Notes under the pieces: generated by a model
Databases searched by the model: none
Seen by the model: the letters and a program-made list of their open reading frames with translations, nothing else
What the model was told of the DNA's origin: nothing
Source of the DNA: Octopus vulgaris
Taxonomy: Eukaryota
Length of the DNA stretch: 64,000 nucleotides
Assembly: GCA_951406725.2 (NCBI GenBank)
Contig: OX597816.1
Span: 176,638,001 to 176,702,000 of the forward strand
Reading direction: 5' to 3'
Position numbers and translations under genes: made by a program
Shown here: positions 1 through 12,300 of the stretch, in pieces
Layout: every line of letters starts with the position of its first letter
Position numbering within the stretch: position 1 is the stretch's first letter

Positions 1-172
1 GGGAGAAGTTAAGTCATTTACATTGATCCCAATGCACAACTGGTACTTATTTCATTGAGCCTGAAAGGATGAAAGGCAAAGTCAACCATGGCAGAATTTG
101 AACTCAGAACATAGACATACAAAATGCTGCTAAGCATTTTGCTTGGCATGCTAATGATTCTACCAGCTCACT
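1..172 (-). repeat. SINE family B (Meta-domain-like)
   Basis: aaaggatgaaaggcaaagtc...gaatttgaactcag, the reverse complement of the copies at 5130 onward. Confidence 0.8.
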
Positions 173-183
173 AAACAAACTTA

Positions 184-1437
184 CATCCCATAAATAATGT
201 AGTTTTTTTTATACTTCTTTTATTTTTCAAAATTAAGATAAACAAAGTTCTTTTTTAATCTAAAATATACTCTCCTTCATTTTCTACAATACTCTTCCAT
301 CTATCTGGTAGACTTGCAAAGTCCCTCTTCCAAAATTCACTTGTCGGTGATGAAAAATACTCCTTCAGTACTGTTCCGACCTCGTCTACAGAATTCATGT
401 TTTTCTGTCCAAATGATTTTGAACACTGCGGAACAAATGGTAATCAGATGGAGCAATGTGTGGCAAATATGGTGAGTAGGACATCATTTCCCATTGAAAC
501 TGCTCTGGCCTTTGGAATGTCATCCTCGCTGTATGTGGCCAAGCCTTATCCTGATGGAAGATCACCTTTTGTTTTGAAACCAAAGATGGTCGTTTTTCTT
601 CTAGCGCTGACTCAAGGTGCTCATAGATCTCCTTTGTTATTGTTTGGTTTGATTTTAAAAGTTCAAAGTGGACTAAACCTTTCATATCCCACCAAACAGA
701 TAACAACACATTATGTGGGTGAAGACCTTCTTTAGCCTGGGGTGCCAGTGTTTCTCCTTTCTGTACCCACTGTCTTTGGCACTTGACATTTTTATAGAGA
801 ACCCATTTCTCATCACCAGTCACTATTCGGTCCAAAAAAGGTTCATTCATGAGATGTGACAGCAAAGAAGAGCACACATTCACTCTCTGCATGCAATTAG
901 ATTCAGAAAGTTTGTGAGGAACCCATTGACCTGATTTGCTGACTTTTCTGATGGCATGCAGGTGTTGATGAATGGTTGAATGACCGATTCCAAGCTTCTC
1001 TGCTGGTTCCTCAACAGTTATGATGGGATTTTGTTCCACTGTTGAGCTCTACAGATCTTCTGGGATGAGGCCTGTCTTCTAGGCTGTAGTCTCTGGCTCC
1101 GAATTTCTGGAAGCACCATTGACACTGACTTATGTTTATTGTCCAATCCTCATTTATTGCATTAATATTCCTCACACTTTCTATCGTGTTGTTGCTTTTA
1201 TTGAACTCATAAAGCAAAGTATGCTGAATAAGCCCCTTTGTCACTTCCATTATAGCTTTGAAAAAATAGCTGTTAAAATCGAACTGCACTCTTCAAAATT
1301 TGTACTAAGAATAAGGACAAAGTAAAAGTACTACCTGCTTTTATCGCAAGTTGATGCAGATAGTCTTTCCTGTTCACTTCTGACTTTTAGTTCATTCAAT
1401 TGAAAAAAACCAACATTATTTATGGGATGACCCAATT
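184..1437 (-). mobile_element. Mariner (Tc1/mariner, DD34D) transposon, decayed
   Basis: Transposase fragments with WVPHKL, TGDEKW, HQDKA and YSP..APSDYHLF. Inverted repeats catcccataaataatgt (184-200) and acattatttatgggatg (1413-1429). Confidence 0.92.
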
Positions 1438-1739
1438 TCTTACTACTCCTACTACTGACAACAACACCAACACAAACAGCCCACCTTCTCCTCCTCTCAC
1501 CCCCCTCAAAGCTATTTCTCTATTTTTTCTCTCCCTGGGACTAGAAGGATCGATATTGTCAACCAATCCACCATCTGCATCTTTATTCACACTGAAAATG
1601 GATAACACCTACAATCCTGTTGTTATGTTTTGTTTTTGTGAGGCATATTATCTATAAATTTAGAATTGTTGTGTTAATCTCATACAAAAAATGATTAAAA
1701 GACTGTTGAAGTAGATTTAGTGGCTATATAACTTAGATA

Positions 1740-2170
1740 TGTTTCGACCAAAGATTGGTCCAGGCCATGTCTAACTTAATAGCACCACCTGATAGGATTA
1801 TTCGAATCCTGTTTAAGTCAAGTTTTGTTCAAGTAGTGAGTTCTTGTTGGGTGAGTTGTATCCAATTATGGGTGGCTTATCTGGTATTCTTTGAAGGAAT
1901 CTATCCAGACTCCGTTTAAAGTTGATGGGATCCTTTTCCTCTTTGATCTCCCTCGGGACAATGTTAAATAGGGCAGGGCCTGTTGAGGAAAAGAAATTAT
2001 GTCGCAGTGTACATGTATGTTGTGATCTTGAATTGGGCAGGGGACGTATGGCCTGTGGTCCCAGTCTTGGATGAACCTTGAAGCTAATGTTAAGGTTTTA
2101 AGTTCAAATAGAAGTTCTTGCAATTTGAGTACCCCTGTTTAAAGTGAGCTGATAAGCATTACTTAGAAAG
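1740..2170 (-). mobile_element. CR1-like LINE 3' fragment
   Basis: Minus-strand frame reads ...GPALFNIVPREIK...FKRSLDRFLQRIPDKP, the same C-terminal motif as the LINEs at 45720 and 62337. Confidence 0.65.
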
Positions 2171-2279
2171 TCTTCTCATAACCAATCCATTTTTTCAAAA
2201 TTCTGTTTTGGTATATCTGCACTTTCAACTTTCTCTTTATAATTTTTCGCTCTTATCACAATTTCTAAATTTGCATCAC

Positions 2280-2833
2280 CGGTCTGGAACCCCTATCTTG
2301 CCCAGGACATCAATCGTCTGGAAGCTGTTCAGCGACGTGCAACCAAAAGAATACCCTCCATCAGGCATTTGCCATATCCTGAACGCCTTACTTCCCTGGG
2401 CATGGACACATTGAAACTCCGACGTCTGGCAGCTGACTTGGCAGACACCCATAAAATTATCAACCATCGCACAAACAATAACTCTGAGCACCTCTTCAAA
2501 CTCCACCCATCTAACACCCGTGGACATATTTACAAAGTAAGAAAACAGCACAGCTCCCATGACTTCAGGAAACTTTTTTTCACGCTGAGAGTTGCTGAAG
2601 CATGGAACAAACTGCCGGCATCGGTTGTTAGTTGTCGGAGCACTGCATCCTTCAAAACTTCCATGCTTCCTGAGATTCGCCAACACTACACTTGATTTCC
2701 TCCCCTCCATACACACACAAGCATGTTCACTTTCCAGACATTTCTACATTACTGCATGTACTTTATATGCACTTTCTGACAAGTTGTGGTGCACCTGAGC
2801 ACTGTATACAATAATTTCATTATTATTTATAAT
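2280..2833 (+). mobile_element. CR1/L2-type LINE 3' fragment
   Basis: WNPYLAQDINRLEAVQRRATKRI...TRGH...FFTLRVAEAWNKLP, followed by an (ATT)n tail. Confidence 0.9.
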
Positions 2834-3014
2834 TATGAAGCAACAGCTGAAATTGTTCTGTGCAATGCTACGATCTCTTCAAACACATGTTCCTGCTGTC
2901 ATTTTGGTGTATCCTTCATGTCCAATAGTATGAATAATGATATTACTAATGCTATTAATTCCTGTGAGAAAATTAATTCACTTTACTTCCCCTCTTCTCA
3001 TTCTCCCTAAATAT

Positions 3015-3197
3015 TCACAAGGCCCAAAATTTTGAGGGAGGGGTCCAGTCGATTAGATCGACCTCAGTATGCAAGTGGTATTAAATTTATCGATCTCGAA
3101 AGGATGAAAGGCAAAGTCGACTTCGGTGGAATTTGAACTCAGAACATAAAGACAGCATTTCACTCGGCATTCTAATGTTTCTGCCAGCTCGCTGCCT
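3015..3197 (-). repeat. SINE family B
   Basis: Same core, reverse orientation. Confidence 0.8.
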
Positions 3198-3675
3198 AGC
3201 TCTCCCTAAATATTGTGTAAACTCTGTTTCCATTTTTCAAATTTCCCTGTTAATGATTTGATTTGAAGCCTGTTTATATACTGGTCCACCTTTCATATAA
3301 TTAATTCTTCCTGTCAGTATATACCTATTATTTAACCATACCTTTATTAATTTCTCATCAAATATTTAACATTAATAAAATCCTTTGCTCTAATATTAAT
3401 TAAGCTTATAGCATTCGTTACTCCCTCAGTAATTTAAATTATGCTGCAAAGTGTTCATTTAGATGATTGATATTGCAGCGGTATAATCAATTACTACAGG
3501 TGCGCATAACTGCATATCATTTCTCCTTGCCTATATAGTTAAAGTCTTGTGTCAGAAAATAATTAAGTTACAAATATGTAGCAAGGAAATGTACTGAAAA
3601 GAGATCTTTTTATGTACCATTAAATTATTTATGTTTGAGAGAGTGACACACACATACATACACTCACTCACTCTT

Positions 3676-3710
<35 letters not shown>

Positions 3711-4167
3711 TCTTTAACATATAGCAAAGAAGGATGAGGAACTATTTTCAAATATAGGATATCTTTTCATTTGTCATTTCTTAAGAAATAATCTTGTTTA
3801 AAAAAAAGAAGACCTAAAATGTCACAAGAATACTTATTTTTCCCTGTTAAACATATTAGCTCTGTTACTTTCAAATATGCCATAGTTTTATTCCATACGC
3901 ACATTGCTCATAACGTTTTGTATTAAGTTTTGATATTGGTTTCTTTTTAAGCTTCTTGTTAAAGGAAACGATTAAAGTAGTTTCTCAAAGTGATTTTTTT
4001 TTTCCACTTCATTCTGATCCTGTTTTTGATTTTATCATTGACATTACTCCTTGGGTTGACTTCAGTATTCGGCCGGGTGTCTGGTCTCAGGCTAGCATAC
4101 ATCAGTCTCAGAAGCCCTGAATGGGACTTTTAAGTCTTGGGCACTACTCTTTCTCTTCTGGCTAAAA

Positions 4168-4202
<35 letters not shown>

Positions 4203-4300
4203 CCTAACATATAGAGAAATAGCTTTGAGGGGGAGGAGAGGAGGAGAAGGTGGGCTGTTTGTATTGGTGTTGTTGTCAGTAGTAGTAGTAGTAGTAGTAG

Positions 4301-4768
4301 GTGCAGGAGTGGCTGTGTGGTAAGTAGTAGTAGGCGTAGGAGTGGCTGTGTGGTAAGTAGCTTGCTAACCAACCACATGGTTCCGGGTTCAGTCCTACTG
4401 CCTGGCATCTTGGGCAAGTGTCTTCTGCTATAGCCCCGGGCCGACCAATGCCTTGTGAGTGGATTTGGTAGACGGAAACTGAAAGAAGCCTGTCGTATAT
4501 ATATATCATCATCATCATCATTTAGCGTCCGTTTTCCATGCTAGCATATATATATATATGAATGTGTGTCTGTGTTTGTTCCCCTAGCATTGCTTGACAA
4601 CCGATGCTGGTGTGTTTATGTCCCTGTCACTTAGCGGTTCAGCAAAAAGAGACCGATAGAATAAGTACTGGGCTTACAAAAAGAATAAGTCCCAGGGTCG
4701 AGTTGCTCGACTAAAAGCGGTGCTCCAGCATGACCGCAGTCAAATGACTGAAACAAATAAAAGAGTAT
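4301..4768 (+). repeat. tRNA-derived SINE family A (duplicated head)
   Basis: gcaggagtggctgtgtggtaagtagcttgc...ggttcagtcc (A/B boxes)...aaatgactgaaac tail; multiple copies in the window. Confidence 0.9.
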
Positions 4769-5129
4769 AAGCTAAGAGGTTTTGCTGGAAGACTTGTAAA
4801 AACATAGTTTGTGTAAACTGGAGATATGTGTACCTTCACAACAACAACAACAACAACAACACACACATACATTCTTTGTTTTGTCCATAATGTTTTTCTT
4901 GATGTATAAACCCTTTGTGGTCAAAAAAGAAGTCATTATTATTCAACATTTGATAGTTTCAGGCAAACTTTTACTGCATCATTTGCTACTCCTTCATGTT
5001 GCTGGGATATATGCAGCTTTGTGTGTTCTTTTTTGGTAGTGTTGGGGGAGTGGAAACTCTTCCTGGTATTGTATTGCATCAGTTTTCTGTTGTTATTGTT
5101 GTTGTTGTTATAATTATTATTATTATTAT

Positions 5130-5325
5130 GGTGGCGAGCTGGCAGAATCGTTAGCATGCTGGATGAAATGCTTAGCAGTATTTCGTCTGCTGCTACATTC
5201 TGAGTTCAAATTCTGCTGATGTTGACTTTGCCTTTCATCCTTTCAGGATCGATAAATTGAGTACCAGTGATATATAAGGACTAACCCCTTCCCTCCAAAT
5301 TTCAGGCCTTGTGCCTATAATAGGA

Positions 5326-5360
<35 letters not shown>

Positions 5361-5575
5361 GGTGGTGAGCTGGCAGAATTATTAGCACAATGGAAAAAAT
5401 GCTTAGCAATATTTTGCCTGTCATTACATTTTTAGTTCAAATTCCAATAAAATCGACTTTGCCTTTCATCCTTTTGTGGTTGATAAATTAGGTACCAGTC
5501 GAACACTGGGGGTCAATGTAATCGACTAGCTCCTTCACCGAAAACTTCAGGCTTTGTGCCTATAGTAGAAAGGAT
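5130..5575 (+). repeat. Two tandem SINE family B copies separated by (ATT)n
   Basis: ggcgagctggcagaatcgttagc...gagttcaaattc...actttgcctttcatcctttc...gtaccag...ggccttgtgcctata. Confidence 0.85.
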
Positions 5576-5875
5576 TATTATTATTATCATTTTGCTAGTG
5601 CATGTTAATTTAGTTTGCAGGTATTTTACTTTGATATGTGGTGACAACAGGTCTCCTCAAATCTCAAGAATCTTTCTTAGGATTCTTGCTGAATATACTA
5701 TGGTACTTTTCTGCAGGTCAACAATGTGAGTTTCAGTTCCAATTTCTTCCAGTCTTTTAAGCAGAATTTTGGATTTTGTGCCAAGTGCACCAAATACCAT
5801 AAGAACAACAATTCCACAGTCCCCTCAACTCCCTGGGTATATCCTGATATTTTTCAATTTCAGTATCACCCGCTT

Positions 5876-6064
5876 TCTTCTTCTTCTTCTTCTTCTTCTT
5901 CTTCTTTTTCTTCTTCTTCTTCTTCTTCTTCTTCTTCTTCTTCTTCTTCTTCTTCTTCTTCTTCTTCTTCTTCTTCTTCTTCTTCTTCTTCTTCTTCTTC
6001 TTCTTCTTCTTCTTCTTCTTCTTCTTCTTCTTCTTCTTCTTCTTCTTCTTCTTCTTCTTCTTCT
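5876..6064. repeat. (TTC)n microsatellite
   Basis: ~190-bp nearly pure TTC run. Confidence 0.98.
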
Positions 6065-6067
6065 TTT

Positions 6068-6281
6068 AAGATGGCAAGCTGGCAGAATTGTTAGCATACT
6101 GGAGAAAATGCTTAGCGGTGTTTCACCCATCTTTACATTCTGAATTCAAATTCCACTGAAGTCGACTTAGCCTTTCAACGTTTCGGGGTTGATGAATTAA
6201 GTACCAGTGAAACACTAGGGTCAATGTAATTGACTAGCCCTGTCCCCCAAAATTTCAGGCTTTGTGCCTTTAGTAGAAAGG

Positions 6282-6315
<34 letters not shown>
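6068..6315 (+). repeat. SINE family B
   Basis: Same core, with an (ATT)n tail. Confidence 0.85.
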
Positions 6316-6317
<2 letters not shown>

Positions 6318-6790
6318 TTGATATTTTAAAAGGACTGATGTAACTTTTCACAAAGGTAAACAAACAAGACAAAGAACTCGATGCAATTATAACTTTTTCT
6401 GGTTTGCATGCTTCCAGAAATGATAAATGGCTTTTGATTTCAGCACGAAAATGATTAAGTTTTTTTTGAACTGATAGAAATGTTGATTTCTCAATTTCTG
6501 ATTTATATTTTGAATCGTACAAAATCCATTGGCCCAGGATTGGGCTCCACACTGAGGTCGAGCGAAATGAGGGTTGACAAGCCATTTTTGGAAACATGCA
6601 AACTAGAAAAAGTTATAATCGCAGTTATAGGCGCAGGAGTGGCTGTGTGGTAAGTAGCTTGCTAACCAACCACATGGTTCCGGGTTCAGTCCCACTGCGT
6701 GGCATCTTGGGCAAGTGTCTTCTGCTATAGTCTCGGGCCGACCAATGCCTTGTGAGTGGATTTGGTAGACGGAAACTGAAAGAAGCCTGT

Positions 6791-6831
<41 letters not shown>

Positions 6832-7390
6832 TTGTGAGTCTGTGTTTGTCCCCCTAGCATTGCTTGACAACCGATGCTGGTGTGTGTTTACGTCCCCGTC
6901 ACTTAGTGGTTTGGCAAAAGAGACCGATAGAATAAGTACTGGGCTTACAAAGAATAAGTCCCGGGGTTGATTTGCTCGACTAAAGGCAGTGCTCCAGCAT
7001 GGCCGCAGTCAAATGACTGAAACAAGTAAAAGAGTAAAGAGTAATCGCATCGCACTCTTTGTCTTGTCTGTTTGCCTTTTTGAAGAGTTATGTCAATCCT
7101 TTTAGAATATCAAAGTCAAGTAGACTGAGATGATTGATTTCATGGTACACAGAAAAAGTATTGGAGCATACAGGAATTCTGGAAGTTACCAAAGAAGCTG
7201 GGTGTCTAAGGAAAATCGTAATGTAAATTACAGCTTTTGTGTTTTAACCCTTCTCACAGTTGGCTTGTCAACCCTGTTAGTTTCGCTAGACCCCAGTGTT
7301 GAGCCCAATCCTGGGCCAATGGATTTTGTACCATTCAAATATGAATCAAAAATTGAGAAATTGACATTTCTATCAGTTAAAAAACTAAAC
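6318..7390. mobile_element. Rearranged inverted fragments of a retroelement 5' region carrying a 2A-like VEPNPGP motif
   Basis: 6460-6590 is the reverse complement of 7260-7390. 6318-6410 is the reverse complement of 6596-6622 + 7043-7113. HLSFLEACK resembles Penelope-like N-terminal H..FL..C motifs. Confidence 0.5.
6629..7042 (+). repeat. SINE family A
   Basis: Full-length copy with an internal (TA)(TG) microsatellite. Confidence 0.92.
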
Positions 7391-7434
7391 CTTTCCTCTC
7401 AAAATTGCTGACCTTGTAATACAATTTGAAAGTA

Positions 7435-7822
7435 GTGGAGGCGCAATGGCCCAGTGGTTAGGGCAGCGGACTCACGGTCATAGGATCGCTGTTTCGATTC
7501 CCAGACCGGGCGTTGTGAGTGTTTATTGAGCAAAAACACCTAAAAAAGCTCCACGAGGCTCTGGCAGGGGATGGTGGTGATCCCTGCTGTACTCTTTCAC
7601 CACAACTTTCTCTCACTCTTACTTCCTGTTTCTGTTGTACATGTATTTCAAAGGGCCGGCCTTATCACTCTTTGTGTCACGCTGAATATCCCCGAGAACT
7701 ACGTTAAGGGTGCACGTGTCTGTGGAGTGCTCAGCCACTTACACGTTAATTTCACGAGCAGGCTGTTCCGTTGATTCGGATCAACCAGAACCCTCATCGT
7801 CGTAACTGACGGAGTGCTTCCA
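7435..7822 (+). repeat. tRNA-derived SINE family D
   Basis: ggcgcaatggcccagtggttagggcagcggactc...tttcgattccc; near-identical to 35453-35838. Confidence 0.88.
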
Positions 7823-7859
7823 CAATTTGAAACTATTATTATTATTATTGTCATTAAGA

Positions 7860-8265
7860 AGGTGGCAAGCTGGCAGAATCGTTGATGAAATGCTTAGCAG
7901 TATTTCGCCTGTCACTACATTCCAAATTCAAATTCCGCCAAGGTTGACTTTAACTTTCATCCTTTCAGAGTCGACAAAGTACCAGTGAAACACTGGGGTT
8001 GATGTAATTGACTAGTCCCCTCCCACTAAATTTCAGGCCTTGTGCCCTTTGTAGAAAGCTGGCAGAAGCATTAGCATACTGGACAAAATGCTCAGTGACT
8101 TTTCACCCTTCTTCATGTTCTGAGTATAAATTTCACCAAGGTTAACTTTGCCTTTCATCCTTTCAGGGTTGATAAATTAGGTACCAGTTGAGCACTTGGG
8201 TCAATGTAATCAACTATCCACCTCCCCAAAATTTCAAATCTTGTGCCTATAGCAGAAAGAATTAT
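7860..8265 (+). repeat. Two tandem SINE family B copies
   Basis: Same core occurs twice. Confidence 0.82.
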
Positions 8266-8371
8266 TATAATTAGTATCATCATCATCATCATTATTATTA
8301 TCCAGCAGTAGTAATCATATTTTCATAAAATGTAGTACAAGAGACTCAATATTTAACAGTAATTAGTTTTC

Positions 8372-8680
8372 ATCATCATCATCATCATCATCATCGTTTA
8401 ACGTCCGTTTTCCGCGCTAGCACAGGTTGGATGGTTCGACCGGGGTCTGGGAAGCCAGGGGCTGCTCCAGGCTCCAGTCTGATCTGGCAGAGTTTCTATG
8501 GCTGGATGCCCTTCCTAACGCCAACCACTCTGTGAGTGTAGTGGGTGCTTTTTACATGCCACCTGCACAGGTGCCAGGGGGGGTCCGGCATCGGCCACGA
8601 TCGGTTGGAGCTTTTAACGTGCCAGCGGCACAGAAGCCAGCCAAGGCGGCGCTGGCAACGTTCGGATGGTGCTTTTTATG
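8372..8680 (-). repeat. RTE 3'-tail-derived repeat
   Basis: (CAT)n + cgtttaacgtccg..., reverse complement of 23950-24215. Confidence 0.82.
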
Positions 8681-8929
8681 CCTACAATTTCCTACAAATT
8701 CTGATCTCAAGTACTGCCTTAGTTGGTTGTACGTCCCATCTCCCTGGTTATTAGAATAAACCCTAATCTGCAATTGGGATTCATTCAATCACCTTTTATC
8801 ATTTATCTGTTTATACTGTATTGTATTTGTCTTCTCAAGTGTGATGGACTTTACAATTCCTATTTTTTCTTCCATTCTTTTTTGATGAAGTATTTGATTA
8901 TTACTGCTCATCTGGTTGAGCTTGCTTGA

Positions 8930-9382
8930 ACATTTTTAACCCATGTATGGCATCCATCTTGGTCCTGCAATTAGTTTAGGGAGGTCTTTGAAGAGGCATC
9001 CAGTGTTTATGGCAAGTTGATCAACATACAGTGTTTGGATGATCTGCTTGAGTACAGCCGTGCTTTGGCATCCATATCAGTAAGTCACTTGCTAGGTTTT
9101 GTTGAGCTCAATGCCAATGTCCAGCAAAGTGCAAATGTTAAAGACTGCTCTTAACATTTGGGTGTAAGTTCCACCTAGCTTGGATTTTAGTCCTTTGGTA
9201 AGCATCCAGGCTTTTGCTCCATATAAAAGGACTGACTGTACTGTTGCACAGAAAAAATTCCTTTTTGGGTTGTCTGACTGGTTTCATTTCCATACAACAT
9301 CCAGTTTGTTTAGGGCTGGCCATGCTTTGGCTATCCAAGTTTTTACATTCTTTTCAGCTGATGAAAAGGATTTCCCATTACT
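8930..9382 (-). mobile_element. RTE-like LINE C-terminal fragment
   Basis: Minus-strand frame reads IAKAWPALNKLDVVWK...FFCATVQSVLLYGAKAWMLTK...TYTQMLRAVFNI. Confidence 0.7.
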
Positions 9383-12300
9383 AGGAATTTCAACCATGTT
9401 TCGTGGTCTGCTACCACAACAGCTCCTTTATAGGATCCAGTTAGCTCAAGACATCATCAGGAGGAACCACATCCTGTTTCGGCCCCTACTCCTCTACCCT
9501 CCCTTTGGAGGTGTCTTCAGCTCTGGTGTTGGGTGTATGTCTTCTTTCTTCCTCTTTCTTCTGTTCCCTGGCCTCTTCAATGTAGCGTGAACGAGTGTCA
9601 ATGGACGACTAACTGTCTTGTCAAATTTTTCCCTTTAAATACCTGCTGCTCTGCTCCAGCAGGCAGCCCCAGCAAGTTGTCACGTGACACTGTCTCAACT
9701 TTAACTGACCCAATGAAGACGCGTAGTCTCAGCCTACGCATTCTCTAAACAATACCGTCATCTGTCAGTCAGCGAAGTTAATTCCGTGTCAGCTTGTTTC
9801 ACCTAGTGATGTTATTTTCCGCCGGCATGTTATGACTTTCAAGCCGTTTTTGGTCTTCTTGCTTCAGCCATATATAGAAGCTGGCTTTTTCGAACACCTC
9901 CTGTACTCTCATTAGTTTTCTCAGCTCCGAGCTAGGAAAAACAAATCTTCTTTTGAATAGCGTTGTCGTTTTTCTTTCAATAAAGCCCCTAGCCCCCTCT
10001 GCCAGGTGGTAATATTCGACATTCCATCCCTGTTCTCTGCACTCTTCGATTAGTTTTTTGTACCTCTTCTCCTTTCGTTTCTCTGCATTACTGATGTTCT
10101 CTTCCCATGGCACTGTCAGTTCTAGCAAAATTCCCATTCTCCGTTCTCTGTCTCATAGGACTAAATCTGGTTTTTTTGTCATTCTTATTAATGGAAATAT
10201 TACTAGTCTTTCCAAATCTGTGGCCACCTCCCAGTATCCCTTCCATCTTTCGTCTATCTCGTATATTTTATTTGTAGGCCTGGTTTTATATCCTTTTCCC
10301 TCCTTCTGGAAGTATACTTTCCTGTGCTTTTCCACATTTGGATACTCTCCCCTATTGTACCTCTCGATCTTCTCCTTGAGTGCTGCGCTTATGATGCTGA
10401 GGACTTGATTATGACGCCATGTATACCTTTCTAGTGCTAGTCTGCAGTTTGACAGAACATGTCTAACCGTCGCTTTCTCTCCGCATCTACACTCATTGGT
10501 TGTTTTTATGTTCCACCAGACTAAGTTCACCAGTGAGGTTAGAATATTGAAGGTAGACTTGATCAGGAAGGATGTTCTTGCTTGTTCCCAAGCCCAAAGT
10601 TCCTTCCATGATATTCTGCGGCTGATCACATATTCCTCCCATCTCAGGCACTGTCCCTGTTGACTGCATTGCACCAAATGTACATTTTGCCTTTCTTCTT
10701 CCTCCTTTCTCACTTCGTATACCACTGCCTCTTTCATCTCTTTTATACTGCTCTTGCAAAATGGCCTGAAATTGTACAACCCTAGGCCGGCTGTTGCTTC
10801 TTGCATCACTCCGACTAAATCTGCGTGCCTTAGTTTTCCAATCGCCCTGTTTACTACCTCTTCTGCTTTCCATTTCCTCCCTGTTCGTACCTTTAAGGGG
10901 TTTTCCCGGATGCCCTGATCTTTTGAATACCTTAGCGTCATTACTGTCCTTGCCTTTCCTGCCTTATATTCTTCGGCGATTGATGTTATTGGTAGTTGCA
11001 GCACGGGTTTTCCATATAGTGCAGTTGTATTCAGTGGTTTCGGCAGACCAAGCCATTTTCTGATAACCACACTGCATCTTTGTTCCACCCTTTCTACTCT
11101 ACTCGAGGCTATTTCGTACATTTGCAATGGCCACATTATCCTTGGGTACAGCCCAAATTGCGGTATCTAACATTTGAATTTTCCCGGCAGCGTTGTTCTG
11201 TCAATTGCCTTTAATCCGTGTTCTACTAACTCGTGCGTTCCTTTCCTTTGCTTCTTATCATTTAATAAATCTCTATACCATCTGCCGAGACTCTTTACTG
11301 GTTGTTCTTTCACCGTTGGTATGTCTTCACTTCCTATCCTGAATTTCACTTCTTCTTGCCTTCCTTTCACGAGAGCCACGCTTCGAGATTTTTTGGCTTT
11401 GAATTTCATCCTTGCCCATCCTATCAGTTTGTCCAACCGCTCTAACGTTCCCTCTGCTGCTTCTCTACTTTCCGATAATACACTAACGTCGTCGATAAAG
11501 GCCCTTAATGTTGTCTTTGTAACAGCTTTCTCACAGTTTGTAGATCTGAGTAGCATTCCCATGACTAGCATGAATAAGATGACTGATATCGTGCATCCGG
11601 CTGCAATACCTATTTCAAGCCGTTGCCACTCCGTTGTGAACTTTCCTGCTGTGAATCCCATCCTCAGGTTGTCGTAGTAGAACATGAGCATTCGTTGAAC
11701 ATCTTTTGGAATTCAAAAGAAGTTCATTGCTGTTTTTATTAGTGCATGTGGAACAGATCCATAAGCATTGGCAAGATCTAGCCAAACAACGTACAGGTTT
11801 TTCTTCATTTGTTTTGCACAGGTGATGGCTTCCCAGATGGCAAATGCGTGTTCTATGCACTCAGGGATTCCGGAGATTCCTGCTTTTTGGATTGCTTCAT
11901 TATGCTGTACGAATCTCATGATTCGTCTAGCAATAATTCCAAACATGATTTTCCCATCAGTATTTAATAATGAAATCGGTCTAAATTGTCCTAGTGTTTT
12001 TGCATATTTCTCTTTAGGTAAATAGATACCTTCGGCTATACACCATCGCTCCGCTACATCTTTCTTCTTCCACATTTCTCTTATCAGTGCAAACAGCTAC
12101 AAACGTAATTTCGGGCAATATTTGTATATATACCTTGTAGCTCACTCCATCGTTCCCTTGTGAACTTTTTGCTCTTGCTTTTCTTATGAACTCATCCATT
12201 TCTTTCTGTTTAATGTCACTCAAATCAAATGGTACCCTTTTCTTCAGTCCGTGCATTTCTGGGAGTACTTCATTTCTGTCCGAGTCGCTGTATGTCTCTT

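Noticed and set aside
3729-3760. Possible first VEZT coding exon (gatgaggaactattttca, DEELF)
   Set aside because: There is no in-frame ATG and no phase-0 GT donor; the true first exon is probably upstream of the window.
5726-6143. Poly-Ser, poly-Leu and poly-Arg ORFs
   Set aside because: They are translations of the (TTC)n microsatellite.
7435-7510. tRNA genes at SINE heads
   Set aside because: The cloverleafs are imperfect and run on into SINE bodies, so they are not functional tRNAs.
9440-9525. Canonical hammerhead in the HERO terminal repeat
   Set aside because: Core boxes are present but stems I and II do not close properly. Kept only as a speculative finding.
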